The notes below the pieces were generated by a model, which did no database searches, had not been told where the DNA came from, and worked only from the letters and a program-made list of their open reading frames with translations. DNA of 64,000 nt. Source: an uncultured Actinomycetes bacterium. GTDB lineage: Bacteria; Actinomycetota; Thermoleophilia; UBA2241. A program made the translations under genes and the position numbers. Positions 43,695 through 53,534 of the stretch are shown here, in pieces. The DNA is taken from positions 713,447 through 777,446 of the forward strand of contig CAVPVX010000007.1 in NCBI GenBank assembly GCA_963709345.1, written 5' to 3'. How positions within the stretch are numbered: the first letter of the stretch is position 1; each line of letters begins with the position of its first letter.

Positions 43695-44003
43695 TCAGCC
43701 CCGACCGCGCCGCCCACCCCGCTTGTCGCTGCCGCCGGCGACGGAGGCCGTATACGGCAGCAACGCCATCTCGCGGGCCACCTTGATGGCCGTCGCGACC
43801 TGGCGCTGGTGGCGCCGGCAAGCGCCGGTGACGCGGCGGGTCTTGATCTTGCCGCGATCGCTCACGAAGCGGCGAAGGGCCGCCACGTCCTTGTAGTCGA
43901 CCTCGTCGACTTTGTCCTTACAGAACGAGCAGTAGCGACGACGTGCGGGGTCGATGGGACGACCTTTCCTGGGCGTCCGTGGTTGAGCTTTGCTCTTCGG
44001 CAT
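43695..44003 (-). CDS. rpsR: 30S ribosomal protein S18 (Zn-binding type), standalone copy
   Basis: [39 protein letters not shown]. Confidence 0.95.
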   Translation of the reverse strand: MPKSKAQPRTPRKGRPIDPARRRYCSFCKDKVDEVDYKDVAALRRFVSDRGKIKTRRVTGACRRHQRQVATAIKVAREMALLPYTASVAGGSDKRGGRRGRG

Positions 44004-44029
44004 TCATTTCCCTTCTAAGGCCGTGCCTG

Positions 44030-44061
44030 CGTGTCTGCGCTCTCCGAACAGCGCAGACACG
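44030..44061. promoter_or_regulatory. Perfect 12-bp inverted repeat upstream of rpsR
   Basis: cgtgtctgcgct-N8-agcgcagacacg. Confidence 0.45.
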
Positions 44062-44223
44062 AGACTATCACCTGCATCCGACTGACTCACGCCGCGTAGC
44101 CTATCGTCTCCCGTCGTGATCCCGTCGTTGTCAGGCGCCTCGTCGGCCGACTGTCGGCGGTCTTGCCGATTCGGAAGAGACGCGAAACGCGACGCCGCGG
44201 AGGTGCACTGTGCAGCAGCACAG

Positions 44224-44254
44224 TGGTGCCCGCGGCTGGAATCGAACCAGCGAC
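44224..44254 (-). repeat. 3' fragment of tRNA-Arg (att site)
   Basis: 29/31 identical to tRNA 3' end 52488-52518, includes T-loop and CCA. Confidence 0.88.
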
Positions 44255-44595
44255 CACGGTCAGGAGGCTGTCCGCATCCGACTTCCAGAGTCGCGCGACC
44301 CCCGTGTAGACCAAGGCGAGGCTCTCCCACCCTGTGAACTCGTGCGCACGTTCCTTTCTTTGCAGTCTCTGCAAGCGCACCGATCACGGCCGGTGACAGA
44401 CGGCCTCTGGCGAGCTGCCGCTGGCCTCGGGGCTCACACGGCACCGTACCCCTGGTCACCGACCTACCGTCTGAGGCCTTTGCTCGTTGCGGTCCCCCGC
44501 AGAAGCGACAGCACCATGTCTACGAATCGCGACCAGTCACCGGGCCCATCGAGAAAGACGGCGTGGTCACCACCGAACGTGCCGGTCGGCCGACC

Positions 44596-45375
44596 TCAGC
44601 CGACGGCTCCGGATGTCTCAGGAAGCGTGCTGCCGCCGTCGATGAAGAACGCCTGCCCGGTGACGTACTCCGCCTCGTCGGAGGCCAGGTAGGCAGCCAG
44701 ATGACCGATCTCCTCGGGCCGGCCGAGCCGGCCCATGGGGATCGTCGCGGCCATGAGATCGACGGTCGCCTGGACGGCCTCGGGCGACGTGCCGTGCGCG
44801 AGACTCTCGACCATGGGCGTGCGGAAGACGCCGGGGCAGATCATGTTCACATTGATGCGCGCGCCAGCGAACTCCACGGCCAGCGCCTTGGTGAATCCCC
44901 AGATCCCCGCCTTCGTCAGGCCGTAGGCCGTCTCGCCCGGGTCCGCCACCTGGGTCCCCGTGACCGAGGAGAGATTGACGATCTTCCCGCACTGGTGCTT
45001 CAGCATGTGCGGCAGCACGGCCTGACAGCAGTTCCACGTGCCCTTGAGGTTCGTGTCGATGTGCAGGTCCCTGATCTCGTCGGACATCTCGAGGAAGGGC
45101 ACGACGCGCAGGATGCCCGCGTTGTTGACGAGGATGTCGACGCGGCCGAACTGGGTCACGACGTCGTCGACCGCCGCGCGCAAGGCTACGCCGTCTCTGA
45201 TGTCCACGATGAATGCGGCGGCGCCTCCGACTTCTCGCGTCGCTGCGAGAACCTCGTCGTCGACGTCGAACAGACTGACCGCCGCGCCTTCGCGTGCCAG
45301 GATCCGCGCGATGCCCAGCCCGATGCCCATCGCGGCGCCCGTGACGATGGCGGTCTTGTTCTCAAGCCTCCCCAT
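44596..45375 (-). CDS. SDR oxidoreductase (UcpA-like)
   Basis: TGAAMGIG, NNAG, VADPGETAYGLTK, IDGGSTLPET. Confidence 0.9.
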   Translation of the reverse strand: MGRLENKTAIVTGAAMGIGLGIARILAREGAAVSLFDVDDEVLAATREVGGAAAFIVDIRDGVALRAAVDDVVTQFGRVDILVNNAGILRVVPFLEMSDEIRDLHIDTNLKGTWNCCQAVLPHMLKHQCGKIVNLSSVTGTQVADPGETAYGLTKAGIWGFTKALAVEFAGARINVNMICPGVFRTPMVESLAHGTSPEAVQATVDLMAATIPMGRLGRPEEIGHLAAYLASDEAEYVTGQAFFIDGGSTLPETSGAVG

Positions 45376-45862
45376 GATCAACACTCCCCGCCCGGCCTAA
45401 GCGGATGGTCCACATATCCCACGCTCCGCCTTCCCATTCGACCTGCCGTTCAAGCTTCATCCCGAGGCGCGCCGCCACTCGCCTGGAGCGCTCGTTCTGC
45501 GTCTTGATGAGCGCGCACAACCGGCGCAACCCGAGGCTTGTCGAATGGGCGAGGACGCCTTGCGCGGCTTCTGTCGCGTACCCATTCCCCCACATGTCAC
45601 TGCGCAAGTCCCAGTTGAGTTCCGGCAGCCTCTCGCCTTCGATCTCTCTCATCACCAAGCCGCAATCCCCGATGACGCGCCCGGTCGACCTCAGTACGAC
45701 GGCGCACTCACCCATCCCGTCGCTGCGGTAGCGCCGTAGCGCGTCCTCCAGCCACATCCCTGCCTGCTCCCGCGTCATGGTGTCGGGTTCAGTCCACATG
45801 ACCTGTGGATCGCCGAAGACCTCGGCGATCTCGTCGAGATCGCCCATTCTGAACCCGCGCAC
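45362..45862 (-). CDS. RimJ/RimL-type GNAT acetyltransferase
   Basis: IGDCG, WGNGYATEAA, NERSRRVAARLGM; frame extends upstream (IETARVTVR), so start uncertain. Confidence 0.82.
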   Translation of the reverse strand: MRGFRMGDLDEIAEVFGDPQVMWTEPDTMTREQAGMWLEDALRRYRSDGMGECAVVLRSTGRVIGDCGLVMREIEGERLPELNWDLRSDMWGNGYATEAAQGVLAHSTSLGLRRLCALIKTQNERSRRVAARLGMKLERQVEWEGGAWDMWTIRLGRAGSVDHGEA

Positions 45863-46384
45863 GGTGACGCGGGCCGTCTCTATGCAAGAATCCGCGGTCA
45901 GAACGGCTTGCGCCGGCAGGTCGGCGTTCTGCTTCCAGTTGGAATCGATATCGGCTTCGCCTCCAGTCGACTCGTCGTCGCTGCCAAGGCAGACGACATC
46001 GCCCCGACGTCCGCATCAGGCCCGCAGGAAAGGGCTCCCACGACGGTTCTGCGGCGCCCCCTCGGCCGGCGCCTCGAAGAAGGCCATCGGTCGGTCGAAA
46101 CATGCGGCGCCACCGGAGTCTGAGCCTAGCGGATGCATCCGCGGGAGCGCAATACCATGCCTGCGCAACACGAAGCCGACACTGGTCTTGATGACGTGCG
46201 CCAGCCAGGACGACTCAAGGTGAAGCGCCTTCGGTTCCGCCGTCGACTTGGGGCCGGCGCCCGAGGAAGTCGCCATGCGGGGCCCAAGCCAGGCGGCCGG
46301 CACTCATGTTCATCGCGGTCTTGAACGGACACGCAGCGGGCATACCGAGGAGACGCCACTGCCACCAAACAGGAAGGAGCCATC

Positions 46385-46966
46385 GTGAAGAAGTCGCTCG
46401 GAGCTGAGACCCTGCTCTACCCCACGCCCGTGATGGTGGTCGGCAGCTACGATACCGAGGGGCGGGCGAACGTGATGACGGCCGCCTGGGGCGGCGTCGC
46501 CTGCTCCAAGCCGCCCTGCCTCTGCATCTCTCTGCGGGCGGCGACTGCCAGCCACGCGAACATCATGGCGCGCAAAGCGTTCACGATCAGCCTGCCGAGC
46601 CGCATCCAGGCAGCCGAGGCCGACTACTTCGGGATCGTTTCGGGACGCAAGGTCGACAAGTTCGCTGCCACGGGCCTCACGGCTGTGGACGGCGAGTTCG
46701 TCGATGCGCCCTACGTGGCCGAGTTTCCGCTCAACATCGAGTGCGAGCTCAGCGAAGTGCACGAGCTCGGCCTGCACACCCAATTCATCGGCCTCGTCAA
46801 GGACGTCAAGGTCGAGGAGAGCTGCCAGGACGCAGAGGGGCGTCTCGATGTGCGCAGACTCGATCCCATCGCCTTCGGTATTCCGGAAAGCTACTTCGCG
46901 CTGGGCGAGCTGCTCGGCCCGGCCTACTCGATCGGCAAGGTCTTCAAGGCCACCACGGGCGGCTGA
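46385..46966 (+). CDS. Flavin reductase/flavoredoxin family
   Basis: YPTPVMVVGSY, NVMTAAWGG, ADYFGIVSGR, GLHTQFIG. Confidence 0.9.
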   Translation: MKKSLGAETLLYPTPVMVVGSYDTEGRANVMTAAWGGVACSKPPCLCISLRAATASHANIMARKAFTISLPSRIQAAEADYFGIVSGRKVDKFAATGLTAVDGEFVDAPYVAEFPLNIECELSEVHELGLHTQFIGLVKDVKVEESCQDAEGRLDVRRLDPIAFGIPESYFALGELLGPAYSIGKVFKATTGG

Positions 46967-47128
46967 GCACCAGCGCACGTCGCCCGAGACGATGCGAGCA
47001 TCTGAACGGTAGAGGCCACGGGGTCGACCACTCATCGCGAGGCGGCGGGCGCAGTATGCGGCGGTCAGGGGTATAGGCTGACTTGTCACGCATCCGTGCG
47101 TCGCGCACCGTTACGACAGGGAGGCCTC

Positions 47129-48070
47129 GTGGCACACACAGACATCTTCCCAGGCCAATGGCAGCCGCAGGTGGTACTCATGGCGGCGCTCGAGGTCGGT
47201 CTCATCGAAGCGCTCCTCGACCGGCCCTGGCCGCCGGCGGAGCTGGCGAAGGAGCTCGCTCTGGACGAGCGCGCCACGCTCCGCGTGACCGCTGCCCTCG
47301 TCGATGCCGGCTACCTCGAACAGCACAGCGATGGCGTGGTCGTGGCGCCTGAGGTTCGCGCTCTCCTGGATCCCGGTGACGACGCCTTCGTCGGCGACCG
47401 GCTGCTGCACGTCCACGGCCTGCTCGAGCGTTGGGCGCAGCTACCCGAGGTCCTGCGCTACGGCCGTCCGGCGCGCTCTGAGAGCACACCGGAGTCCCTG
47501 GTGGCGTTCATCGGCTCCATGCGCGTCGGAGCTCGCGATCGCGCCAAGCCGCTGGCCGACCTTCTCGCGACACTGTTCCCGGGCACCAAGACCGTGCTCG
47601 ACATCGGCGGTGGACCGGGCACGCAGGCGCTTGCCTTCCGAGGGCACGGCTGGGAGGTGACGGTGCTCGACTTCCCCGAGGTGATCGACCTCATGGCAGA
47701 GGACCTCGGGCAGGCCGGCATCGCCGCCATCAAGGCTGACGCGACGCAAGGCGTGCCCGCCGGGGACTTCGACCTCGTCCACTGCGGCAACCTCTTCCAC
47801 TCCATGTCGCGCGAGGAATGTGCATTCGTCGCAGGTGGCGCCGCCACCGCCCTCGCTCCCGGCGGCGCCCTGGCCATCTTCGATTTTCTCCGTGGCAGGG
47901 GGCTGCGTTCGTCGCTCTTCGCGGTGAACATGCTCGTGGCCACGAGCGCCGGGGACGTCTACGCCGAGGAGGACTACCGGCGCTGGTGCGAGGCTGCCGG
48001 ACTTCGGGACTTCGCTGTGCGCGAGGTGGACGGGCAATCGCAGTGCCTGCTCACCGCCACCAAGCCCTGA
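47129..48070 (+). CDS. SAM-dependent O-methyltransferase
   Basis: N-terminal dimerisation/wHTH region, VLDIGGGPG, LAPGG. Confidence 0.85.
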   Translation: MAHTDIFPGQWQPQVVLMAALEVGLIEALLDRPWPPAELAKELALDERATLRVTAALVDAGYLEQHSDGVVVAPEVRALLDPGDDAFVGDRLLHVHGLLERWAQLPEVLRYGRPARSESTPESLVAFIGSMRVGARDRAKPLADLLATLFPGTKTVLDIGGGPGTQALAFRGHGWEVTVLDFPEVIDLMAEDLGQAGIAAIKADATQGVPAGDFDLVHCGNLFHSMSREECAFVAGGAATALAPGGALAIFDFLRGRGLRSSLFAVNMLVATSAGDVYAEEDYRRWCEAAGLRDFAVREVDGQSQCLLTATKP

Positions 48071-48262
48071 CGCGCAGGTGCGTACGGCGAACGAAGGTCG
48101 CAGACAGACCTGCAGCAACGTCGCAAGAGACCGCGCGGCGCGGCGCTCCTTCGCGACGGGACGGCTGGCACACAGGCCACGCGAACCTGGTGGGGCGCGG
48201 AATACGCCGCACAGGGCCTTCGCGCCGACGGCCTGCCGCCGCGGCAGCGATGTTCGCCGGAC

Positions 48263-49477
48263 TCAACTCTCCGGTGGCCGGCCACCCGGCCGCGGCGCCG
48301 ATCCCGGCCGCTCCCGGTAGGGCGCGAGGTCGCCGCCGGCGCGGCGCAGCGCCCGGGAACCGTACCGCGCTCGCACGGCGTCGATGGCCTCGTCGCAGGC
48401 GCGCTCACGCCCCGAGTCGCCGAGGCCGAGCTCGAGGGCCTCGCCGCAGAGGCCGCTGAGCGTGATGCCGACGAGGCGCAGGGGTCGACCGGGCACGTGC
48501 AGCTCGCCCAGCAGAGCGAGGGCCGCGTCGTAGATCACGGTGGTGGTACTCGTGGGCCTGGCCAGGGTGCACTGCCGGCTCCGCGTTCGGAACGACTGAT
48601 CGCGCAGCTTCAGGGTCAGCGTGCGGCAGGCGTAGCCCTCCCGGCGCAGCTCACTCGACGTGCGGTCGGCGAGGTCGAGCACCGTCGCCGCCAGCAGCTC
48701 GGGGTCGGCGGTGTCGGCGGCAAAGGTCACCTCGTGGCCGAGTGACTTGGGCGCCGCGCGTGCGGCGTGCACGGCCTCGTCGCTGCCCCCGAAGGCAAGG
48801 TCCTTGAGAGAGGCGGCGGCCCCGGCGCTGAATGCGCTCTCGAGCAGAGACGGTTCGGCGTCCTGCAGCCGGCCGATCGTGCTGATGCCAAGGGAGCCGA
48901 GGCGCCGGGCGGTCACCGGGCCGATGCCCGAGACCGCACCGACCAGCATCGTGCGCAGGCGGCCGCGCACGTCCGCCTCGGTGAGCGTCGTGAGGCCGGC
49001 GGGCTTCTCCAGTTCGGCGGCCAGCTTGGCCAGCGTGCGCGTGGGGCCGATGCCGATCGAGCAGGAGAGGCCGAGCTCAGCGCGCGTGAGGGCCTGGACC
49101 CTCGCGGCGATCACTTGCGGGGAGCCGAAGAGGCGGCGTGAGCCGGTCACGTCCAGGAAGGCCTCGTCTATGGAGACCGGCTCGACGAGGTCGGTGAAGC
49201 GCCCGTAGAGCGCGAGCAGCTGCGCTTGCGCCGCCTTGTAGGCAGCCATGTCGACGGGCAGGAAGACGGCCTGCGGGCAAAGGCGCAGGGCCCTTGCCAT
49301 CGGCATCGCCGTGCGCACGCCGCAGGTGCGGGCTTCGTAGGAGCAGGTGCTCACCACGCCGCGGCTCTCGGCGGAGCCGCCGACGACCACCGGGCGCCCG
49401 ACGAGTTCGGGCCGGCGCGCCTGCTCCACCGAGGCGAAGAAGGCGTCCATGTCGATGAGCAGGAGAGAGCGGGTCAT
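48263..49477 (-). CDS. dinB: DNA polymerase IV
   Basis: IDMDAFFASVE, CSYEAR, SIDEAFLD, LAKLA..KPAG. Confidence 0.93.
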   Translation of the reverse strand: MTRSLLLIDMDAFFASVEQARRPELVGRPVVVGGSAESRGVVSTCSYEARTCGVRTAMPMARALRLCPQAVFLPVDMAAYKAAQAQLLALYGRFTDLVEPVSIDEAFLDVTGSRRLFGSPQVIAARVQALTRAELGLSCSIGIGPTRTLAKLAAELEKPAGLTTLTEADVRGRLRTMLVGAVSGIGPVTARRLGSLGISTIGRLQDAEPSLLESAFSAGAAASLKDLAFGGSDEAVHAARAAPKSLGHEVTFAADTADPELLAATVLDLADRTSSELRREGYACRTLTLKLRDQSFRTRSRQCTLARPTSTTTVIYDAALALLGELHVPGRPLRLVGITLSGLCGEALELGLGDSGRERACDEAIDAVRARYGSRALRRAGGDLAPYRERPGSAPRPGGRPPES

Positions 49478-49760
49478 TGACGCTCATCCTGATGCGCGCG
49501 GCCGGCCGTGTCGAGAGGGCCTGCAGCGCACAGGTCATCCAGCTATCTCCCGCCACAAAGCACCGCGCCTACGCAGCGACTTCACGACGGCCGCCGACCG
49601 GCCGCCGACGCAGCAGTCATGAGCTTCCTCACCAGTGCGAGGCGTTCACGGCGCTTGAGAGCCTCGGCGTGTCGTCAAATGGCTTCACGCCGACTGCCTG
49701 CAGCCCTTGTCGCTGGTAGGCTGCAGGGATTCGAGGCCGCCAGGACCGCCAACGGGGAGG

Positions 49761-49949
49761 ATGAACGACGTGGAACCACTGCAGGTGACGTTGCGACGCG
49801 CCAAGGAGACCAAGAACACCGTGCGCTACGAGGAGCCGGAGAGCGATCAGCCTCAGGTGATCGGCACACTGTACATGCAGAAGTGGGCTGTGCACCGCCT
49901 CGAGGACCCAGAGACGATCGCGGTCACCGTTACCCCTACCCAGGAATGA
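49761..49949 (+). CDS. Small hypothetical protein (62 aa)
   Basis: KETKNTVRYEE..IGTLYMQK; coupled to next gene by ATGA overlap. Confidence 0.65.
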   Translation: MNDVEPLQVTLRRAKETKNTVRYEEPESDQPQVIGTLYMQKWAVHRLEDPETIAVTVTPTQE

Positions 49950-50254
49950 ACGCCGAGGAGCCCGCAGCCGAGAGTCAGGTCGGTCTGCAGTTCTCGCTCT
50001 ACCCGCTACGCCAGGAACACCTCAGGCCGGCGATCAGCGCCGCCCTTCAGGCAACCACCACGGCCGGCCTTGAGGCCCACGTGGGCCAGCTGAGCAGCTT
50101 TGCCGCGGGCGACGAGGACGCCGTCTTCGCCGGCGTGCGCGCAGCGTTTGACGCCGCCAAGTCGTTCGGACCCACGGTGATGGTCGTCACGCTTTCGAGC
50201 GGGCTACCGAGTGAAGCGACGGTCGCGGACATTCAGAGCACCACCGAAGCTTGA
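49946..50254 (+). CDS. YkoF/thiamine-binding-like protein
   Basis: QFSLYPLRQ..GDEDAVF..VMVVTLS. Confidence 0.7.
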   Translation: MNAEEPAAESQVGLQFSLYPLRQEHLRPAISAALQATTTAGLEAHVGQLSSFAAGDEDAVFAGVRAAFDAAKSFGPTVMVVTLSSGLPSEATVADIQSTTEA

Positions 50255-50419
50255 GCGCCGACTGCGCCCTCTCCGGCGCAGCTTCGCCATCTGTTCGGGA
50301 GCGCCCTGAGCGTGCCGCTGCGCGGCGTACTCGGCAGCGCGCCGGGTCGCCAGCAGGGCGCGTCGCGCGAGGCGGCGCAGTTCGGCGTCTTTGGCGCCGG
50401 CCTCTGCCGCGCTGAGGTG

Positions 50420-50722
50420 CGCGAGGGCTTCCGCGAGCGGCGCTCGTAGCGCGGCGCGGCGGCGGGCGCCGCGAGTGCCTTGCGGATCGCCTGGCGCGAC
50501 CAGCCGGTGCGCCGCGCGGTCTCGCGGATCGACCAGCCGTCATGGGCGCGCAGCTTGATGAACTCGACGTCGACCATCCTCAGCACTTGCCTTCCTCCTG
50601 CTCCCGTCGCGAGCGTCCCTTGAGAGCGGGAACCCGACCGACGGTACAGGCACGGTTGGGGTGGTCAGCTTTTCGGTGATCGAAACACCCTCAGGTGGTC
50701 AGCATTTAGGCTAGCGAACGCA
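50420..50722 (-). mobile_element. IS21-family remnant (left end plus truncated istA)
   Basis: GWSIRETARRTGWSRQAIRKAL HTH; end starts TG at 50722 with two aaa.gctgaccacc repeats. Confidence 0.7.
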
Positions 50723-50967
50723 CTTGCCGGATGCGGCAACACATCGGGCTCGCAGGGGGCAGACGATGGGCAAGCAGGAACGACGCAACCGGCCGAGCGG
50801 GAATACGACCTCGATGAGACCGGCAAGGCGGCGGCGGACCTGCTGGGCGGAGAGGGCGCGGCCGAAGGACGGGGCATCGACGTGGCCCTTTGCAGGAGCG
50901 TCAGAGGCGCAGGTGCCGCACTTCGGTCTTGAACTCAGGCGTCACCGCGAACCGGTGCGATGCCTCG

Positions 50968-51411
50968 TCACGACTTACCCCAGCCGGGCAACTGACTGGC
51001 TTGCTTCACCCATGCGGCGAACTGCTCCTCGTCGAACTGGTCGTCCTCGTAGATGTTGAGGTAGCGCACGTTCTCGTCTTTGGACTCGCCCGGAGGGACG
51101 GGGTCCAGCGACGAACCGGTGAAGAAGGCCACTTTCACGTACTTCGCGAAGCAATGGAAGTTGAGGAACCAGCCCTGCCCTTCCATGCCGTAGAACGGCG
51201 AATTCCAGCGCACCGCCTTTCGCACGTCCGGGACGGCTCGCACGACGATCGAGTCCAGGTGACGTCCGACGTCGCTCTTCCAGCCCGGCATGGCCTTGAT
51301 GTAGGCCTGTACGGGAGCGTCGCCGTCGGCCTTCGCGATCTGAGGATTGCCGCCTGAGAGGAGGACCGGCTCCGCTGCCTCTCCGGACTTCCTGGTCACC
51401 TTGCCCGCCAT
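50968..51411 (-). CDS. DUF1801 protein
   Basis: LLSGGNPQIAK.DGDAPVQAYI.AMPGWK, KAVRWNSPFYG. Confidence 0.88.
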   Translation of the reverse strand: MAGKVTRKSGEAAEPVLLSGGNPQIAKADGDAPVQAYIKAMPGWKSDVGRHLDSIVVRAVPDVRKAVRWNSPFYGMEGQGWFLNFHCFAKYVKVAFFTGSSLDPVPPGESKDENVRYLNIYEDDQFDEEQFAAWVKQASQLPGWGKS

Positions 51412-51558
51412 TGCGCATACTCCTGACCCATAGGTTCACCGACGCCCTGATGATTGCCCCGGCGGATGCTTCAGTACGCCTACCGCACCGCGGATAAGCT
51501 GCGAGCGTCGCGGCCCCGCGTTGCTGCGGCGCTTTGGCGAGCCGGCTTGATCCGCTTG

Positions 51559-51914
51559 TTAGTCTGCGTCTCCCACCTCGGCCAGGAGCGCCTCGCACTC
51601 GGCGCGCAGCACTGGCACGTCGTCGCGGGCGATCAGCCAGACGATGCGGTCGTCGACGTGCAGATAGGCGTGCGTGAGCTGGTTGCGGAAGTCGACGATG
51701 CGGCGACCGTTCGTGATGCGCGCGAACAGCTGCGGGCTCGGTGCGCGAGAGCACGGCGACCGCCTCGCCGATGATGGTGAACTCGCGCTCGACGGCCGAG
51801 CGCAGCATGCGCGTCGCGTGGTACTCGTCGAACTCCACGCCGGAGAGCACCGACGTCGATGGCGTCGCAGGCCTCGATGACATCGCGCAGATAGGCCGGC
51901 GCGTCACGCTGCAT
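51559..51914 (-). pseudogene. HEPN (DUF86/HepT-like) RNase toxin with two frameshifts
   Basis: AYLRDVIEAC / SAVEREFTIIGEA / FRNQLTHAY (Rx4H) lie in three frames. Confidence 0.8.
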
Positions 51915-52212
51915 AGAGGAGCTGCTTGGTACGCTCGATCTCGCGCGCCACGTAGCGGTTGCGGACGGCGTCGACCATGAGCAGGTCGACCTCCGTGCCG
52001 AGCAGGGCGCGGAGATCGTCGAGGAGGCCGAAGTAGGCGTCGACCAGGGCGTACCCCTCATGCGGGCCGAACTCGACGAGCAGGTCGATGTCGCTCTCGC
52101 CGGGGCGGAAGTCGTCGCGCAGGGCGGAGCCGAAGACCTCGAGGCGCGCGACGCCGTGCCGGGCGCACAGCTCGGCGATCGCCTCACGCTTGTCCTGCAG
52201 CACGTCGACCAC
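51904..52212 (-). CDS. Minimal nucleotidyltransferase (MNT) antitoxin
   Basis: LEVFGSALRDDFRPGESDIDLLVEF; overlaps HEPN start. Confidence 0.88.
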   Translation of the reverse strand: MVDVLQDKREAIAELCARHGVARLEVFGSALRDDFRPGESDIDLLVEFGPHEGYALVDAYFGLLDDLRALLGTEVDLLMVDAVRNRYVAREIERTKQLLYAA

Positions 52213-52487
52213 GACGACCACCTCCGACCGCCATGCTACCCGGGTGCGCCGCGGCTGGCCACAGTGGACGACCGCCGACGCCCCGCCTGAAGACAGACCA
52301 ACAAGGCTTCTGCAGTCTGCGAAAGACGCCCGCCTCCGCGTCGCCACGCTGCCCCAGTGATGCCGCGTGGTCGAGTGTCACGTCTCGTGATGTCGCGTCT
52401 CGTCGGCAGAATGTCGGCAGTCTTGCCGATTCGGAAGGCGTGCTGCCGAAACGCCGCACCACGAAAGCGCACTGTGCAGCATCAAAG

Positions 52488-52563
52488 TGGCGCCCCCGGC
52501 TGGAATCGAACCAGCGACACCAGGTTTAGGAAACCTGTGCTCTATCCACTGAGCTACGAGGGC
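52488..52563 (-). tRNA. tRNA-Arg(CCT)
   Basis: GCCCTCG..CAGGT-TTCCTAA-ACCTG..GCTGG-TTCGATT-CCAGC-CGGGGGC-G-CCA; 76-nt cloverleaf. Confidence 0.95.
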
Positions 52564-52828
52564 ATTGTGCCGATTTGCAGGGGTTTTTCCTCTGCGACAG
52601 CCGGACCAGAATACCAGAGTTGCGAAAAGGTTGCGAAATCTGCAGGAAACCTGCGGCGAGGCGGCCGAAGGCGGCCGGCAGAACGGCTGAACCCGCGAGC
52701 CGAGAGTGCCTACGGGAGGGGTCAGTTGCGGCGGCTTGCGAGCGCCAGGTACGGGCGCGAAGGTTGGGCGTCGGTGCCCCGGGTAGGCTCTGGTGCAGTC
52801 TGACGAGGCGAGGAGCGGAGTCGGGTCC

Positions 52829-53515
52829 ATGAGCACAAAACCAGAGCAGCAGTCCATCGCGGACCGGGAAGCGCACTTCCTCCCACTCGACCGCTTCAAC
52901 GCCTTCTCCGACGGCGTCTTCGCGATCGCCATCACGCTGCTGGTGCTTGAGATAGCCATCCCGCATGCGGGCGAAAGCGTGTTGCCGGCGCTGCGCGAGC
53001 AGTGGCCCGAGTTCCTCGGCTACTTCATCAGCTTCGCCTTCATCGGCGGCATCTGGATATCGCACTCCGGCGTGACCAAGTTCATGAAGCACGGAGACAC
53101 GGAGTCGTTCACACTGAACCTCTTGCTCCTGCTCCTCGTCGGCCTGCTGCCCTTCAGCACGGCGCTCATGGTCACGCACCTGAAGGGCGCCGACGCCGAG
53201 GTCTCCGTCCTGCTCTACGGCGTCAACCTGCTGCTCGCCTCGCTCGTGCTCAGCCTGCTCATCCGCTACCTCGCGCGCGAGCCCTCGCTGCTCGTCGACC
53301 AGGTCGCGGAGGGCACCCTGCGGCGCATCACCCGTCGGCGCTGGACCGCGCTCGGGCTGAACCTGCTCGCGATCGCCGTGGCGCTCATCGCCCCCAAGGT
53401 CGCCGTCGGCCTCTACCTCGTCGAGACCACGCTGCTCCTGGTCATCCCGTTCCTCGGTCTGCGCCGGCACCGGCATCAGCCGAGACCGGCCGGAAGCGGC
53501 GGTCGGAGCAGGTGA
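52829..53515 (+). CDS. TMEM175 (DUF1211) potassium channel family
   Basis: RFNAFSDGVFAIAITLLVLEI signature. Confidence 0.9.
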   Translation: MSTKPEQQSIADREAHFLPLDRFNAFSDGVFAIAITLLVLEIAIPHAGESVLPALREQWPEFLGYFISFAFIGGIWISHSGVTKFMKHGDTESFTLNLLLLLLVGLLPFSTALMVTHLKGADAEVSVLLYGVNLLLASLVLSLLIRYLAREPSLLVDQVAEGTLRRITRRRWTALGLNLLAIAVALIAPKVAVGLYLVETTLLLVIPFLGLRRHRHQPRPAGSGGRSR

Positions 53516-53534
53516 TCCAAGGACGCTGGAAGGA

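Larger units (their letters stand above)
44224..52518. mobile_element. tRNA-Arg 3'-type genomic island (about 8.3 kb), no integrase inside
   Basis: Bounded by tRNA 3' direct repeat; cargo includes dinB, toxin-antitoxin pair and IS21 remnant. Confidence 0.7.

Noticed and set aside
45900-46380. Short ORFs inside the island
   Set aside because: No recognisable motifs; probably intergenic or decayed sequence
52525-52531. tRNA with a CTA (amber/Pyl) anticodon, since the loop contains CCTAA
   Set aside because: The 7-nt loop TTCCTAA centres on CCT and the cloverleaf is canonical, so it is tRNA-Arg, not pylT
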